Assembly (NCBI GenBank): GCA_976226885.1
Contig: OZ320322.1
Location: 42,222,001 to 42,286,000, forward strand
Direction of reading: 5' to 3'
Source: Iphione sp. A-MEVVRFRX5
Taxonomy: Eukaryota
Length of the DNA: 64,000 nucleotides
Part shown: positions 45,701 to 59,259 of the stretch, one piece after another
Position numbering within the stretch: the first letter of the stretch is position 1
How the letters are laid out: every line of letters starts with the position of its first letter
Notes under the pieces: generated by a model
Database searches by the model: none
Seen by the model: the letters and a program-made list of their open reading frames with translations, nothing else
Told to the model about the DNA's origin: nothing
Translations under genes and position numbers: made by a program

Positions 45701-48700
45701 GTGAACCTTTATTGGTAACTTGTTACATCTTGCAACTTTCACTGACATAGTTGTAGTGTCAAAACATATTACATAACCAGACTGAACAGCCCCGCCGTGT
45801 GTTCAAATTATAAACAAGTGGTTATTATCTACACAAGTATAATACACTTAATACCCTCAAGATTTCGCTTCCAATCCCGACTGACGCCAAGACCCGTCTA
45901 CAAAGACATTGCGGTAATTCACCACATGGAAGGACCTTCACAAAAGGTCAGACAGTTTAGTCAGACCTCCACTCTTTGTACGTTCGTCCTTGTGTCACGT
46001 CTCTTCCTTCGTCACACTTGTATAATGGGCATCACATTTTCCTAGCGCGTCCCCCCGCATCCTTCGGAGGGCCGCCTTGTGATTCTTCAGTGGCAGCGCT
46101 GGCGCCCCCCAGCGGCGTTCAGAGGAGACCAACCTGGCGGGCTGTCCGAGCGGAGAAGCAGCGCCTTGTGTAATTACTGCCAGGATTAGATTCTTAGCAC
46201 ATGTTCCCCGCGGGCCTCCGCGCCTCGCCTTCACGCCTTCTTGTATGGAATCCATGCGATCCGACCGAGCTCCGCTGCTGTGAGGTATTTGTTCTCCAAG
46301 CAAGGAACGGCGCGGCGGGGCGTCCACGTGACAATTCGTTAGATTGGGCGCCCCACCGCCGCTGAGAGCCACTGGGACGACTCCGGGACGAGGAGGATGA
46401 GGGGCCTCTCACAGCGGGGAGCTGTCGCCCCGCTCACGACGGCCATGGGAAAAAGCAGAGGCCGGGGCAGGCATTCCACGGCATGGTATCAGTCTCTGCC
46501 GACCTACGATACCCCGAGAGAGCGCTGGAAGGGAGAGAGAGAGCCAGCGTCATGGTTTCCTTTCACTGCTTGAACTTTCCAGTCAAATCCCTGTCAGATG
46601 CCTGTCTCTGTGGAAGGCTTATGTCGCTCTGCCGCGCACATGTAACAGCTACAGTACACGGGATAGGAAAGCACACAAGTTTTAAAATGGAACATGCATC
46701 GTAAACCCAGGGATTGAAGGTCTAATATTGGGCACTTCTTATATGTCTAGTTAAATAGCTCTCTTAAAGTATGGATCAAATTCTTCTAAATCTCCCAGCA
46801 ACTTAGAGACTTTGTCAGTTTTCCTCTGGGTAAAGGACTGTTTTTCTCCTGATATTTCCTGTGGCGCGCGACTGCGTGCTGGGAACTGACGGGGCAGCCA
46901 GAAAATGGTCCAAATCGATCAACATTACACGCTGAACCGTTGAATCGGCCGCCAAACTGGCTCGACTTGTGTGTATAGTAGTGGGGACTCCTCCCCCCGC
47001 CCACCCGCGACGTCTTGGCGGCACACATGAAAGGAGCTCATCCTACAGCCAGCAGGTGACTTGTCAGTGTCATCATGGCTACAGCGCAGGCGCCATGGCT
47101 ACTCTATCACACCCACCCATCCACTATCCTCCTGTCGACCCTCTGCGGGTCGAGTAGGGGGAGGGGGGCGTGGAAGGTATTGGGAACTCGGGGCGTGGTC
47201 GAAGGGCGCCGGTAGGTGGGAGGTGAGGGTGTGTATGTGGCTGTCAGGGGCCAGCACAGGTCGTGAGATGGGCCAAGCCGTTAAAACCCGTCCGGTATCT
47301 TTAATAACCCGAAGGGTTCGACGTCGGTTACACACCACAGCCGTCCCTCATCTTTTATACGGCGATCTTGATTAGCGAGACACTTGACCAAATTGATGAC
47401 GGAGACAGATGAAAGTAGGTCCGCACCCAGCTAAGGTGTTTGCACATCTCAAATCAGCGTCCCTACATCGCAGTGCGGTTACGTAGTTCTCGTTGAAAGC
47501 ATTGGTTGCGGCTCCTTTCAACGTCAAGGACGCCCTGTGGGATGTGTGTTTGTACTGTGTAATTGAAGGCAAAACTTTGGTAACTGGAATGATAGATTGC
47601 CTGCGTTTTTTTAATCACTCATCGATCTTGTCTGGTGCACGACGAAACTGTAACTTTTTCTTTGCGTGTGCTCGTCTCCGGTCCCATACGACACACGCAC
47701 ACACGGATAAACTTTTCAGAGTACGGAATAGTCTCAATGCCATTCCGTAGTGTGACCTACTCTGGGCTCCACAAAGCCGTTCTGGGCTGCCCGCCGGACG
47801 TGCAAACTGTCTCCCACATGCTTGTCGACCATCACGTCGCCCATGGGAGTTGGCGGGAAGGATGGGTCGGGATGAATAACTGCCAGCGCCGTTTTGGGAT
47901 GGCTCGCCTGTCCCCGAGGGCACAGCTCCCGCTCAGCGCCCACCTCGAATTGCTCACCGCGGCAGCGAGAGCAGCTCGGGCGGCAGTCGGCTTCAATATT
48001 AAAACCTGCTCACTGCTAGCCCCCCAGAACAAACCCTACCGCAGCAGACCGCGCCTAATTAATCCATTAACGTCGGTCCGGGCCGCAAAGAGTACATTAT
48101 GGGGGCGGGGCGCCCCCAACCCTCATCTCCTAATTAGCTGACGCAAAGAGTGCAGTGCAGAATGCAATAATTACACTTGTTGTTGTTTAGTGTGGGAGGT
48201 AGTTCTGCTTACTGAGGCACACGCATTATCAGCAGCACACAGGGCGTTATTCTCTCGCGTTACTTGAATTACTCGCGTTGATTTCACGCGCTGTGGTTAT
48301 CTCGAGCAGTCGTCAGCCTGGGTTGTACTCTCCCAAGTGGCACGCATTGTGTGCATGTGTGTGAGTATGTGCGTGCAGCCCAGAATGGACGGTTTCTCAT
48401 CGCCTCAGTGAGCTGCTCGTTCCCCTCCTGCCCCAGAGATGAGGAGTCGGTCGCCAATGAAATGGGACCAATTACAGCGGCGCTTGGTGGCCCATGTTCA
48501 GTAGACCTGGACGAAAACGGGGCGGGTCAGGCGCGCAAGCGGGCAGGTAAGCCGGTGGGCGGGTGAGAAGGCAAGATGACCCCTTGTGGTGAGGAAGATA
48601 ACTGGTAGGCCCCCCGACCCTCACCCCCTGCGGTTATAGGCCCCCCGACCCTCACCCCTGCGGCTATCTCGTAAAGTCTCTTCCAGGTAGCAGCACTACC

Positions 48701-51700
48701 AGTGGCTTCTGGCATCTAGTGAACTTCTTCGCTCTGTTTACCTGTGCACCTACATTTCTAAATGTCTGTAGAGGTTGAGACACATGTTCACGCTTAGAAT
48801 ATTATATCATATTATAATATCTCACCCATGGCAATCAGCATGGCACCTTAGTGATGAGACTATAACGACACGGTTAACTTTTCCTTAAAAAAAACGCACT
48901 GTTTACTGTACTTCACGAACGCAAGAAACTACTCTATGATTGAAGCCGTCAGCCTCGCCTCCTTCCGCCCATTAATAATTGCCTTCTTGCTGCTATAAGC
49001 ACAGCGTAATGGATCGTGACAATAACTACACACTATTCCCTCTGAGGCCTGCACGCCTGTAGTTCCTACTTGAACCACACATCATCTTTGCCGGCTGAGG
49101 GTGATGAATTCTCGTCCACACACCCCTTGCTGTCTGGTCCCTTTAGCCTCAATCGCTCGCTAAGAATCTGTCTGGCCACACATGGACAAGGCCCTATCAT
49201 CACATCAAGGTCTCTTCGGGCCCCGCCGGTGGGTCTTCCTCGCCTACCTGGGGAAGCTGCAGGTTACAGCAGCGCCGGCCTCCTTCAAATGGAGCCTCCA
49301 AATTCGTTCCAGACACCTTCAATTTCTCCCTGCGCAGCTCATGGTGGCGAACATTTCCGCACGATTTCTAGAATCAGCTAAGCCGCCACGTCTCTTTACG
49401 CGCGCCATATATTTTACTCTTCAAATGACATGGACACTTCTTATGGGATCCAAAATGGAGGAGAAAAAAAGGGGACAAGCATGCCGGTGCAGGAGACAGT
49501 TCTGGAGAAGGCGTTGCATTCACATGTTTCCCATCAGCAGTGCATGTTCGATGTCTCTTCGATTTAGGTCCGTCAGATGGCTATCTTTATTTCTCGTCCT
49601 CAGAAATATAAATGGCAACACTTCATTTCGACGTTTCGATGTTTCTGTATATATCTGCATATACATACATGCTATAATCAATAAAGTTGACACATTTTGC
49701 GTGCTTCCATCAGAGATATAGGGTCGTTTGCCTATCCCCCACATTTTTTCCAGAGTATGTAAGCAGTAAATGACCCAGATGTAGTCACGATCTCCTTGAG
49801 CAGGCCGAATTCCCCTTCGGCAAAATAAGCTAAATGTACTTTCCTAGAGGCCGGGTCCAATTTATGATATACATAAAATAAAGGAAGAGAATCCTTAGAT
49901 GAAATATATGGTAGTGTACAAAACAATACACGTTCTCACTGAAGAAAATAAATAATACTATTTGAACAGTCCACATAATACATGCGCATGTTTCTTGTAC
50001 GTTATATTACAAATTTATGCTGGTATTATACATGTATAGGAAAAGAACATCCTGCTTAGGATTATGTGCAGCGTACGTAGTTAAGGTGTCTAGTTTTCAG
50101 AGTAGCTGGGCTGTGTCTTTTCACTCATTACAGTATATACTGCTCCACTGCCCACTTAATTAGGGGGCATAACAGTTCCTCGCTAATTAGTTCTGTACCC
50201 TCACTTTCAGCCAGGATGTGCTCTTTTGTTGCAGTAAGAGGGTTGGACGGTTAGCACCGTCTACTAAACATGGCTCAATCAAAGGAAGAGGCCTCTTCAT
50301 ATTTCTCTCTTAACCTATTATGACCGAACAATAGCAGTTGTATGAGACTTAAGACAATTGTGTACATGCGGGATAATGAGCAATTAGGCAGGACAAAGGT
50401 ATCTATTAGCAGTCTAAGGCAGGTAGATTACACTACAACTAATCCCCCTATGGACCTGGGGGCTGCAGTACTAACTGTTTGCTCAGGCTTTGCAGTATGA
50501 CACTCATCCCCGCAAAGCCTCACCGGGAGGTGGTGCCCCCCCGTTGGAGAGGGGTGGATAGTAGGGCGTTTGGGGGCGGATGGCAGGGGTTGCCACTCCA
50601 GGTGGGAGGACGCCCATATCCAGGTGCTTGACCGTCTAACTAGTACAAACTACCAGAGGGGGGTAGTGGGTCAACACATTGAGGGATGGCGAGTACCCCA
50701 AAGCATCAATGAACCTGCTTGCCATCCTGTGCGAACGTCACCTGCAGCCCAGGGCGCACGTGCGGACTTTGAAGTGTTTTTCCTTGACACATAACGACTT
50801 AATTTAATTGATTGAAGCTGGAGAGTAGGAACCTTTAATTGGACGAGTTCCTATGTTTAATGCCATTAATAAATACTGCGGGGGAGGTCAGACTTCCTCC
50901 TACTTTCCGGTCTCTGCTTCGACACGTCTGGCCTCTCAAGGGGCGGGGTGATCGGGCCAAAGCAGTTTGGGAGCGTATTTGGTGGGATGTGTGTGTGAGA
51001 GAGGCAGGCGGACAGATGGTGAGGAAGGGCTTCGGCCGTGTAGGCCCCCTGTCAGCCGTGTTGCCGGGCTGGACCAACATGTTCCACCCCACTGGTCCCA
51101 CATGGTGGCCAGGCTGCGCCCCCAACTCCGCCTAGCCCGCCGGGCCCCGGGAGAGAAGTTTATACGCATGCTCTCTGAAATTGAACGTCGCCTACACCGA
51201 AAAGCATAGATCCCGCCGGTGTAGCAAGTGTAATGGGCCGGATGGATGTCGGTGTCTAGTGTATATAACCTGGAACCATTGCAAGGTGTACATGCAGGGG
51301 AATCTCTTGAGTGCGGGGTAAACTCTGCTGTTTTACCGTGGGAGATTCTCTGTATGAGGATCCTTTTCTGATCACCGCTCTTATTCATGACTCGAGCGAA
51401 AACAGAGACGGCCAAGCTAATCATTTCTATTAAAGACCTAACAATTCTAAAAATGAAGTTAGATCGTAGCTGACTTATTCTGACGACGACGTCAAGATTG
51501 TTGCATTAATAATATACTGCAGCCTATATTCATAGCTATCTAAATGCACAAATATAGATCGATGTAGAAACGTGTTTTTTCAGTGGCCATGTATATGTGT
51601 TTAGTTTAAGGAAATTTGCCTTACGCAACGTTTTTTTCTAATATGTGGGTGTGGCAATAACCCAAAATTGCCCAAGGCAAGATATCACAGCAGGTCCTGC

Positions 51701-54700
51701 TTGAAAACGAGTTTCAAGATTACTATAGACAGTTTATGTGGTGAACAGACAGCCCCAAGGGGATGTTCTCTCCCCCTTTAAAGAAGTGAGGCAGATACCA
51801 TGTAGGTAAATATCCACAGGGTACGCGGTTAGTGTGAAATTGAGACAGGTTCAGACACATAATAAGGGAAACTCCGTTTTTGCCGCGATGATAGTCACCG
51901 ATGGTAATTGAGTTTACATGTTCTCATCCTGCTCAATGCCTGTGACCTGTCCCGCGTGACGAGTCGGCATATGACATCATCACCTGAATGATTAATGGAC
52001 ACTATGTTTGGATGAGGGGGAAGGTGGGGGGAAGTCCTGAGCAAACATCTATTACCCTTGCGGCGGTTACAGCGCCGAGTCACCATGAAAGGCCTGGCTG
52101 GTTAAAGTGAGGGCTCGGCCGAGGTAAAAACTGGAGGCGCCGCCTTCAAACGCCTTAGATGAGTGCCAGATGGGCGCAGGCAGTTGGATGAGTCCTTGAT
52201 GAAGCTAGGTCGGCGCCAGAGACTCGCGCCAAGCCGACGCCTCTTGCCGACGCCCGGGCGCCCGGGGGCCAGAAGACGTCTTCCAAGGGATGCCCACAGG
52301 TCGTAGAGGTTCGCCATGGCATGGCAGAGGTAATGATGCTCGGCGATTCTGGTCGTGGTCGTAGCCTGAACGGAGCCATGCCTGCCCAGTGTCTATTTAG
52401 GGGAGTGATTTTCTCCTCACGTGCACGTCAATGGGGAAGAAAGATTACGGTTCTGTTTTTTTTTCTTGTAGTACCTTTCCTGTAGTACTTATCAACAAGT
52501 TTGATATGCGATATCCATACTTGCCCCAAGTCGACCGCGTGTTGAGAGGGGCCAGAGTCATAACTCACTTTTTTTGGAGCCGGGGAAGCAGATAGGTCAT
52601 CATAGCTCAGACTTGCTCACTTAAGATCGGGATGAAAAATACAGACCTTTGCTACTCAAGTACATCGCGAACCTACACTTGCCTGAAGCTCTTTGTTCCA
52701 TCATCAAGCCGTATGTTGGGAAAAAGGCCGGGGCTTATGGCCCTAGACAAGGATGGGCTCGGATCTATTTCAGCCATTTGGCGAGGAACCTGAGTGCCCA
52801 GAGCTGATTGGCAATGCTCCTGGCAGTCACCTCGGTCAGGTCTACACTCTCTCTGCCTCGGCCCGGCGTATATGCACCAGGCCAACCTACTTATAACCAT
52901 CTAACACCACCAGCAGCGGTGCTCAACCGAACGGTTTTAAAGTTCGTGAAAGTAAAGCCTCTGCCTTTTCTGCGCTGTAATAGCGCGAGAAAGCCGTTTT
53001 AATGGTGCATTAAGCGGCGGTCTTTCAGCAGGGGCCAAGCTCATTTGTTTGTCACCAAGGTCGCCGATAGCCTGACAAACGCATGGGATACGGCGTTGGT
53101 TTATGGTATTAGTTCATTGAAGAAGACATGATTCACACTTTTGTATTTGTTTACGTATATATGAGTGTATTGCGTCGAGACTCTCTAAGAACATTTGCCG
53201 AAGGAATATGGCGTCACCAAAAGTTGTCGATGTATCCAAACGGCTTTAATATTTGCTGTTTCTAGTGATTGAGTACGTCAGCATGCTTCAGTGCCCCATA
53301 CAAAATTCATTCAACCATACATATTTGAAGCGTCGATATCTGTATGTAAATGTGTGCGGGATCGTACTTTAAGGAGGTGAAGGGATAAAAAAAAGGTTAA
53401 AAAAGGTACCCGAAGAAATCAAATTGAATTCATCACAGATTTTGTTTACATTCTAAAGTCTTCGTGTGTATACCACAAAAGAGACATCAATCGATTGCTT
53501 TAGTGAAGATAGTACATCTCATTTTCTCAAATCGGATGAACTTTCCTCCCTCCACGCAGAGTTATGCCCATATTGTACCAGGCATTTCGTTTCGGAATAC
53601 GTGTACCTATATCAGGCCGCATGCGTACCCTTTGAATGACTCTCCTAATTATCAGCCGTTCTCCGTTATTCTGTCCCCCCCCCCCTGCATGCATGACCTT
53701 ATAGTGTTTTTTCACAATTGTATCCGTTATTTTTGTTAATTTGGAATGCATTTGTCGAACTGGAAACACAGAGCAGGCGTGATCGAGAGTGGTTGTCTGT
53801 CAGCGGGCAGTGTTTCAGACCTCGGGCGACCGCCACAGACAGTGAGAGACAGAGGCCAGCCAATATAGCCCTCTCCTTAAGAGGTCTGCCTCCAAACAAA
53901 CCACCAAGCCACTACCACTTGAAGGCACTACTTTCACGGCGCGGATTGTCTTCCCGTTGACAGCGAGCGGTGACATCGCGCCCGTCCGCGTGTTGTGATG
54001 CGGCCTGTTGACCCGAGACATATGGACCTGTAGAAATCTCCATAGACACCACCAAATCCCCCAATCCTAACATCTACTGATCTTACCCACCCACCCCCTC
54101 CCACCTCCATCCTGCACCTCCTCCTCCTCCTAGCTACAGCCGCCATCATCACCATCACCCATATAGCTGTACCATCTCGACCCACAGGACGTGCCAGCGC
54201 CTGTAGGGTAAGGCGACATGCTTGGCCTGGCGGGAGCCCGACGGTGACGACCGTTTCGGGCCTTCTCCTCTCAGGTTTCAGCCCCAGACCCGAGGTGTCA
54301 ATCTCCCAGCCACAAATGATGATAGGTCAGAGAGGTTATTTAGACAAAGACGTCGAGAATAGCGAAGTGTCGGCAGAAGTTGCAGCGACTTCATCGCCCC
54401 TTGCTTCAGTGTGAGACTGGATGAACTTAAAGGTAGCAGAACGGGGGTTGGGGGTGGGGGCTGTGCTTGGCCCTGTGAATCAGCCGTGGGGCTAAACTTG
54501 CTGAAGAGGGGACTCTGGTGAGACAAACTCTTTGAGAAAGCGGTATTTTTTTCGATACATAGTAGATTAGGCCCTTGAAGCTGGAGGATTAGCTGACAGG
54601 TGTTCACGTCGACAAACCATAAACTTCAGACGGGGCTTAGTTCACAATTCTACCACAGGATTGTGGCTCACACTACTCACCCATCGCCATGTTTTTCCAT

Positions 54701-56272
54701 AGAAAGTGTTACATTTTCTCAGGATCATTTTCCACTCGCATATAAATTACCATTTATCATGACCGTCCCTTGTCTTGTCAATGATGGAGGAATGGCTAGA
54801 ATTTTAGTCATAATAAATCATCTTCACACAGGTTCATTCTATACATCTATACATGATATTTCTTTCCACAACATACTGCGATCCATATTGATTTAAGAAC
54901 AGTATTCTTGCTCAGTGAAGCAGACTAAAGAAAAATGACAAATTATTTGCTACAGAATACTCTGTCAAAAGCAGACAGGACTGTATTATCCGAACACAAT
55001 TTATGCGTTGCGAAGAAAGCAGCTATAAAACATTGTCAAAAATAAATTCCACGGTGTCTATTCATATTGCAGTACCCTCATAAACTGAAAAAAAACAGGC
55101 TTCACCTATGAACAGAGAAAAATGGCTTGCAAGTTGACAGCTTCTCTGTATGACATTTCCGACATAAAACCCCTTATCTCCGAAGATTAATGCTACCTTC
55201 CAAGGTATGCTGACATTAAGCTTGAAGTACTGTCTTATTTTTATTTCCATCTACCGTATGTATCCGGAGGATAAACGCACGCGTATCCCAATTGAATTCG
55301 CTTTTTCGAAACTAATCTATCACCGAGTCCTACGTCTTTCATAACAAAAGAATACACATGAGCCTTGAAAAATATCACCGAATGGCCCCTAAGATATATT
55401 CGCGCCCTATCAGTCTGAACCTATTTACATTGATAATTGTCTCCTGGGGATTCAAAGGTTGTATACCTTGACGGAGTCTATTAAAGCAGGACTGGCAACT
55501 TTGGCGCTCCTTGCCAGAACTGGCCGTCTGCTTTTATTTGCTCTTCTTGGCTTGGCCGGGGCGGTAGGGAGACTCACCGATAATGAACTACAAGGGAAAC
55601 AAATATCGAGGCCTGGCTGCCCACAGGCCATGGTGGCAGATCCAGGGGTCGGCTGGAGGCCTTCACCATGGATGCTGTGCTTGCATGAAACGTAGACATC
55701 ATTGTCCCATGCATGGTGAGAATTTCCTTTTATTCTTGGGACACAGTCCTTCTTGAGAACACTCGGCCAATCTAAATAGCATAAGAAAATATATTAATTA
55801 GGAAGGGATTAGGCATTCAGTGAAAGAAAACACAGTCCCATATTGACAGAGCGTTTGATGTCGGCTGTTATTTTTACCCCGATACTTGTCAAACCATTTA
55901 TGACGTTTCTGCAAGGACAACTTTGTACCCATTCTTGAGAATTAACCTGTTTACAGATAACCGTCGCTACTGCAATTCAAATGATTTCCCTCATTTTGTT
56001 CATAACGTCAACTTAACGATATATTTCTTACTATGTACACACCCATATATATAATTATCCTGTTTGTTTATTTTATTGTGATTAAGTTGAGATCTTGGAG
56101 CCATAAGCTAATTCATTATTAGCATAAGTTAATTCATTATTAGCAAAACAGCATTCAGTGACATAATTTAATGCGAAGCCATTCCAGCTTGAACTGAAAC
56201 GAATCTACCATGATAGAATCATGCCGTGCTTTTATAAGCCTCTTTCTTCGGCAAGAATGGTGTAGTATGCTA

Positions 56273-56302
56273 GGCGTATAGTGGCTGCAGCCACTATACG
56301 CC
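56273..56302. repeat. Perfect 30-bp palindrome GGCGTATAGTGGCTGCAGCCACTATACGCC
   Basis: Self-complementary; extends to 56267-56308 with one mismatched pair. Confidence 0.9.
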
Positions 56303-57775
56303 AAGCATGTGCTAATGAGATTTTCGTTTATCTCTAAACGTCTTGTTTAAACTCATGATTTGATCACTTGTAGAAACCTGGCTTGTAGATTAAGTGGGGA
56401 AAATAATAGACATCCTACATATATATAGTCTGTCAATCATGTCTTAATCTCATGTCATGGAGACTGTGGTAAATGCTTTGCTTTGTCGTCTGGTATAAGA
56501 GGCACCACTTTCCAGTATGCCTTTCAGTATACCTGTCATGCGGCATGCAGGCCATATCAGTGTCGTGCCCATCCCTCTCACCCCCTCCCCCCCGGCCGGT
56601 GTAATCTTATTGATCCCTCACTGGAAACAGTATCCAACGGAGACAACTTGTCCATGTATCCGCTGCTGTTAAAAAGGGAAGATTGAGGATGTCAATCGAT
56701 GAGGAGAGGGGGGGTTCGATATGGTTCGGGCGCCGAGAGGACAGATTCTTTGGTTGCCACAACGTGAGTAGGGCCCACGACCACCTGAAGGGTCCTTTAA
56801 TCTGGACTCTGGAGATAAAGCATCCAGCGATAGGAGTTTGTTATTAGGCGGCTGATCCTCCATGGCCGAGAGGTGCAGTTCGAGAGGACTGAGTACCAGC
56901 AGGAGGACAGAGGAACAAAGGGCATTATTTTATACTTCAGCCCATGGCTCGATGTCCCACCACATTTATAATGTGTCCTTTGCTTCACGCCTTAGCGCAA
57001 TCACACCACAGAATTCTGGCAACATGATGGTTAACAACAGTGAAATTAACCCATATCACTATTAATAAGTTACACGTTTACACGCGCATATATCTGCTCA
57101 TTCCAAAGACGCGTGCGTACATTGCTGCATTCATTGGTGCAACTGAACAAATAATTCATTGTTCGCGTGGACGCGTTACAGAGACTATTTGTACATATTG
57201 TACACTGCGATGAATGACTTGTGGACTAAATCAGTACCAAATTAGACAGAAGCAGCATCATTAATTGGATAACCACTGCCTCGAGGGGTTATTATATGAA
57301 AATGTGTGTTCATTTTGTGTACTAAACATATGCCCGCGGTGGATGATTACAAGCACCCAGCTTGCCGGCTCCAAATTAACCCAGTTTTACAGCGGTGTAC
57401 GTTCATTGATGTCTTATCGTGGATGACAGTATTTCCATGAACCATGGGACCCCTCCTATCTGACGTGCTCGTGGCCACCCACCACGTCAGGGGACAGTCA
57501 GTGTGAACAGGTGGTCCGGCCTTATCAGGCTAAAGCATCAGTTAACATCGTTAGGAATGACGTCCAAACTTCCTAAGAGCTTGGCCAGACACACTAACTG
57601 GATTCGATTTTGGAAGTCTCCTGAACTTAGTCTGTGGTAATAATTTAGGTTGTCTTTGTAGCCCATACGTAACCACTCCTCGTTATTGTAATAACATTGT
57701 TCAGCGCATCTGTTGCAGCATGGCATGGCAAGGAGACACTCCATGCACTAACGCTCTTCCCATCTGTACTTTCAG

Positions 57776-58048
57776 GTCCGCCGGTAGTGACGTCGCACGT
57801 CGAACGGTGGCAGCACGCTCGCGCCGGCGAGACGGTACGTCTTCCATGTCCGGTCCACGCCGAGCCGGCGCCCATCTTCCAGTGGCTCAAGGACGACGAC
57901 CCCATCAACGGCGGCTGGGACCGCCATCGCGTAGTCTCCTCCGGGCTGAGGATCAAGGACGTCATGGAGGAGGATACCGGCAACTACGACTGCAAAGTCA
58001 CCAACGGTTTTGGCAGCGTCGTCGTGGAGTACTACCTGCACGTGTCAC
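57776..58048 (+). CDS. FGFRL1: Host exon encoding Ig domain 1 of an FGFR-like 1 type receptor
   Basis: 273-nt phase 1-1 exon (TTTCAG|...|GTGAGT). GPP...ARAGETVRLPCPV..EPAP...WLKD...I..GWDRHRV...GLRIKDV..EDTGNYDCKVTNGFGS matches FGFRL1 Ig1 (RLxCPV, GWxRxRV, TNGFGS) as I recall it. Other exons were not located. Confidence 0.85.
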
Positions 58049-59222
58049 GTGAGTACTCTCACCTCGTCAGCCATTTAAAAAAATATACCGACGCCATTCT
58101 CTACGAATTATCTACTGTGCACCCACATGAGCCGCAGGATTTAATTCAAGAAAGATTCTTTCTTTTTATTCAAAGCCCATTTAACATGGGAGGGAACATC
58201 CTTGTGCTTCTCAGTGTCCCTCCATATCCGTTAGCAGAACCATTGATTATAATCAGACTCTTATTACGATTTCGCTTTGAGGTGATGTTGTATGTACATG
58301 GAGCACAAATATATCGACCGATATAACAGATACAGGTGTGTTAAAACACGTCGCGTCTCCTTATTTTGCCTTCAGCCTGAATGTAAAACACTGCATGCCT
58401 GTTTAACCTTTGATCTCTTGTTTGTCTGTTGGTTTTACAGTAAGAACAATAACTATTGGCCACAAAATAGCCTTTAGCAGGAAGAAACACCTGTACTTAC
58501 AACATTTATCGTGGGCTGGTTTGGAAGGTCTCTAATTGGTATTGATGGTAGCCATAGACGGTGCAATCAATCCTTATGCAGGCTAGTAGCTACATATATG
58601 TTGGTATTGAATTTCGGCGCTATGATAGAGCACTTATTCCCCAATACAAACGTCGATGACTTGGTTCGCAGCCAGAGAAAGCTAGTTGATGTTTTGCTTT
58701 CCTTGGAATATGGCCATGACATATAGGCCACTTGAACTCCACGAGTAGTACACAGCTTGTCAAAGGTCGTAAGCGTCAGGGGCACTAGGCCCAGGCTGCA
58801 AAAAGAAAACTAGATTTACTTTCAGGACAAGTAGAGCTAGGGGGGGCCTTGTATAAACAATATGATAGATTTTAAATAAGGGCGCTGGAGTGCTAGGAGC
58901 ATTGTATTTGCAGTGACAGGACAAACACCCAGTGCTAATAGCCCGGGTCTACCAGAGTAAAAACGTTGACTAACATGGCGCTGCAGCTAATGTGGTGGAG
59001 GGGCCATACTGCTGGAGTAACCCCAAAAAGGGGAGGACCACGTAGGAGTATAAAGCAGTAGCGAGATACGAAGACACATGCGTCAAATCAGGCATTACGT
59101 GGGGAAGAATTGCCAGATACGGGTGTATGGACTTCTACGTGGGAAAGGACACGAAGAAGCCTCGCTGTGGTTTATCACTGAGTACTCTCCGCACCAGCTC
59201 GGAACACATTGAATATGCCATG

Positions 59223-59225
<3 letters not shown>

Positions 59226-59257
<32 letters not shown>
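59226..59257. repeat. (TG)16 microsatellite
   Basis: Direct reading of the sequence. Confidence 0.95.

Positions 59258-59259
<2 letters not shown>

Noticed and set aside
32129-57700. Numerous 60-200 aa ORFs in the host region
   Set aside because: No recognisable domains or consistent splice structure; many derive from microsatellites or GC-rich patches.
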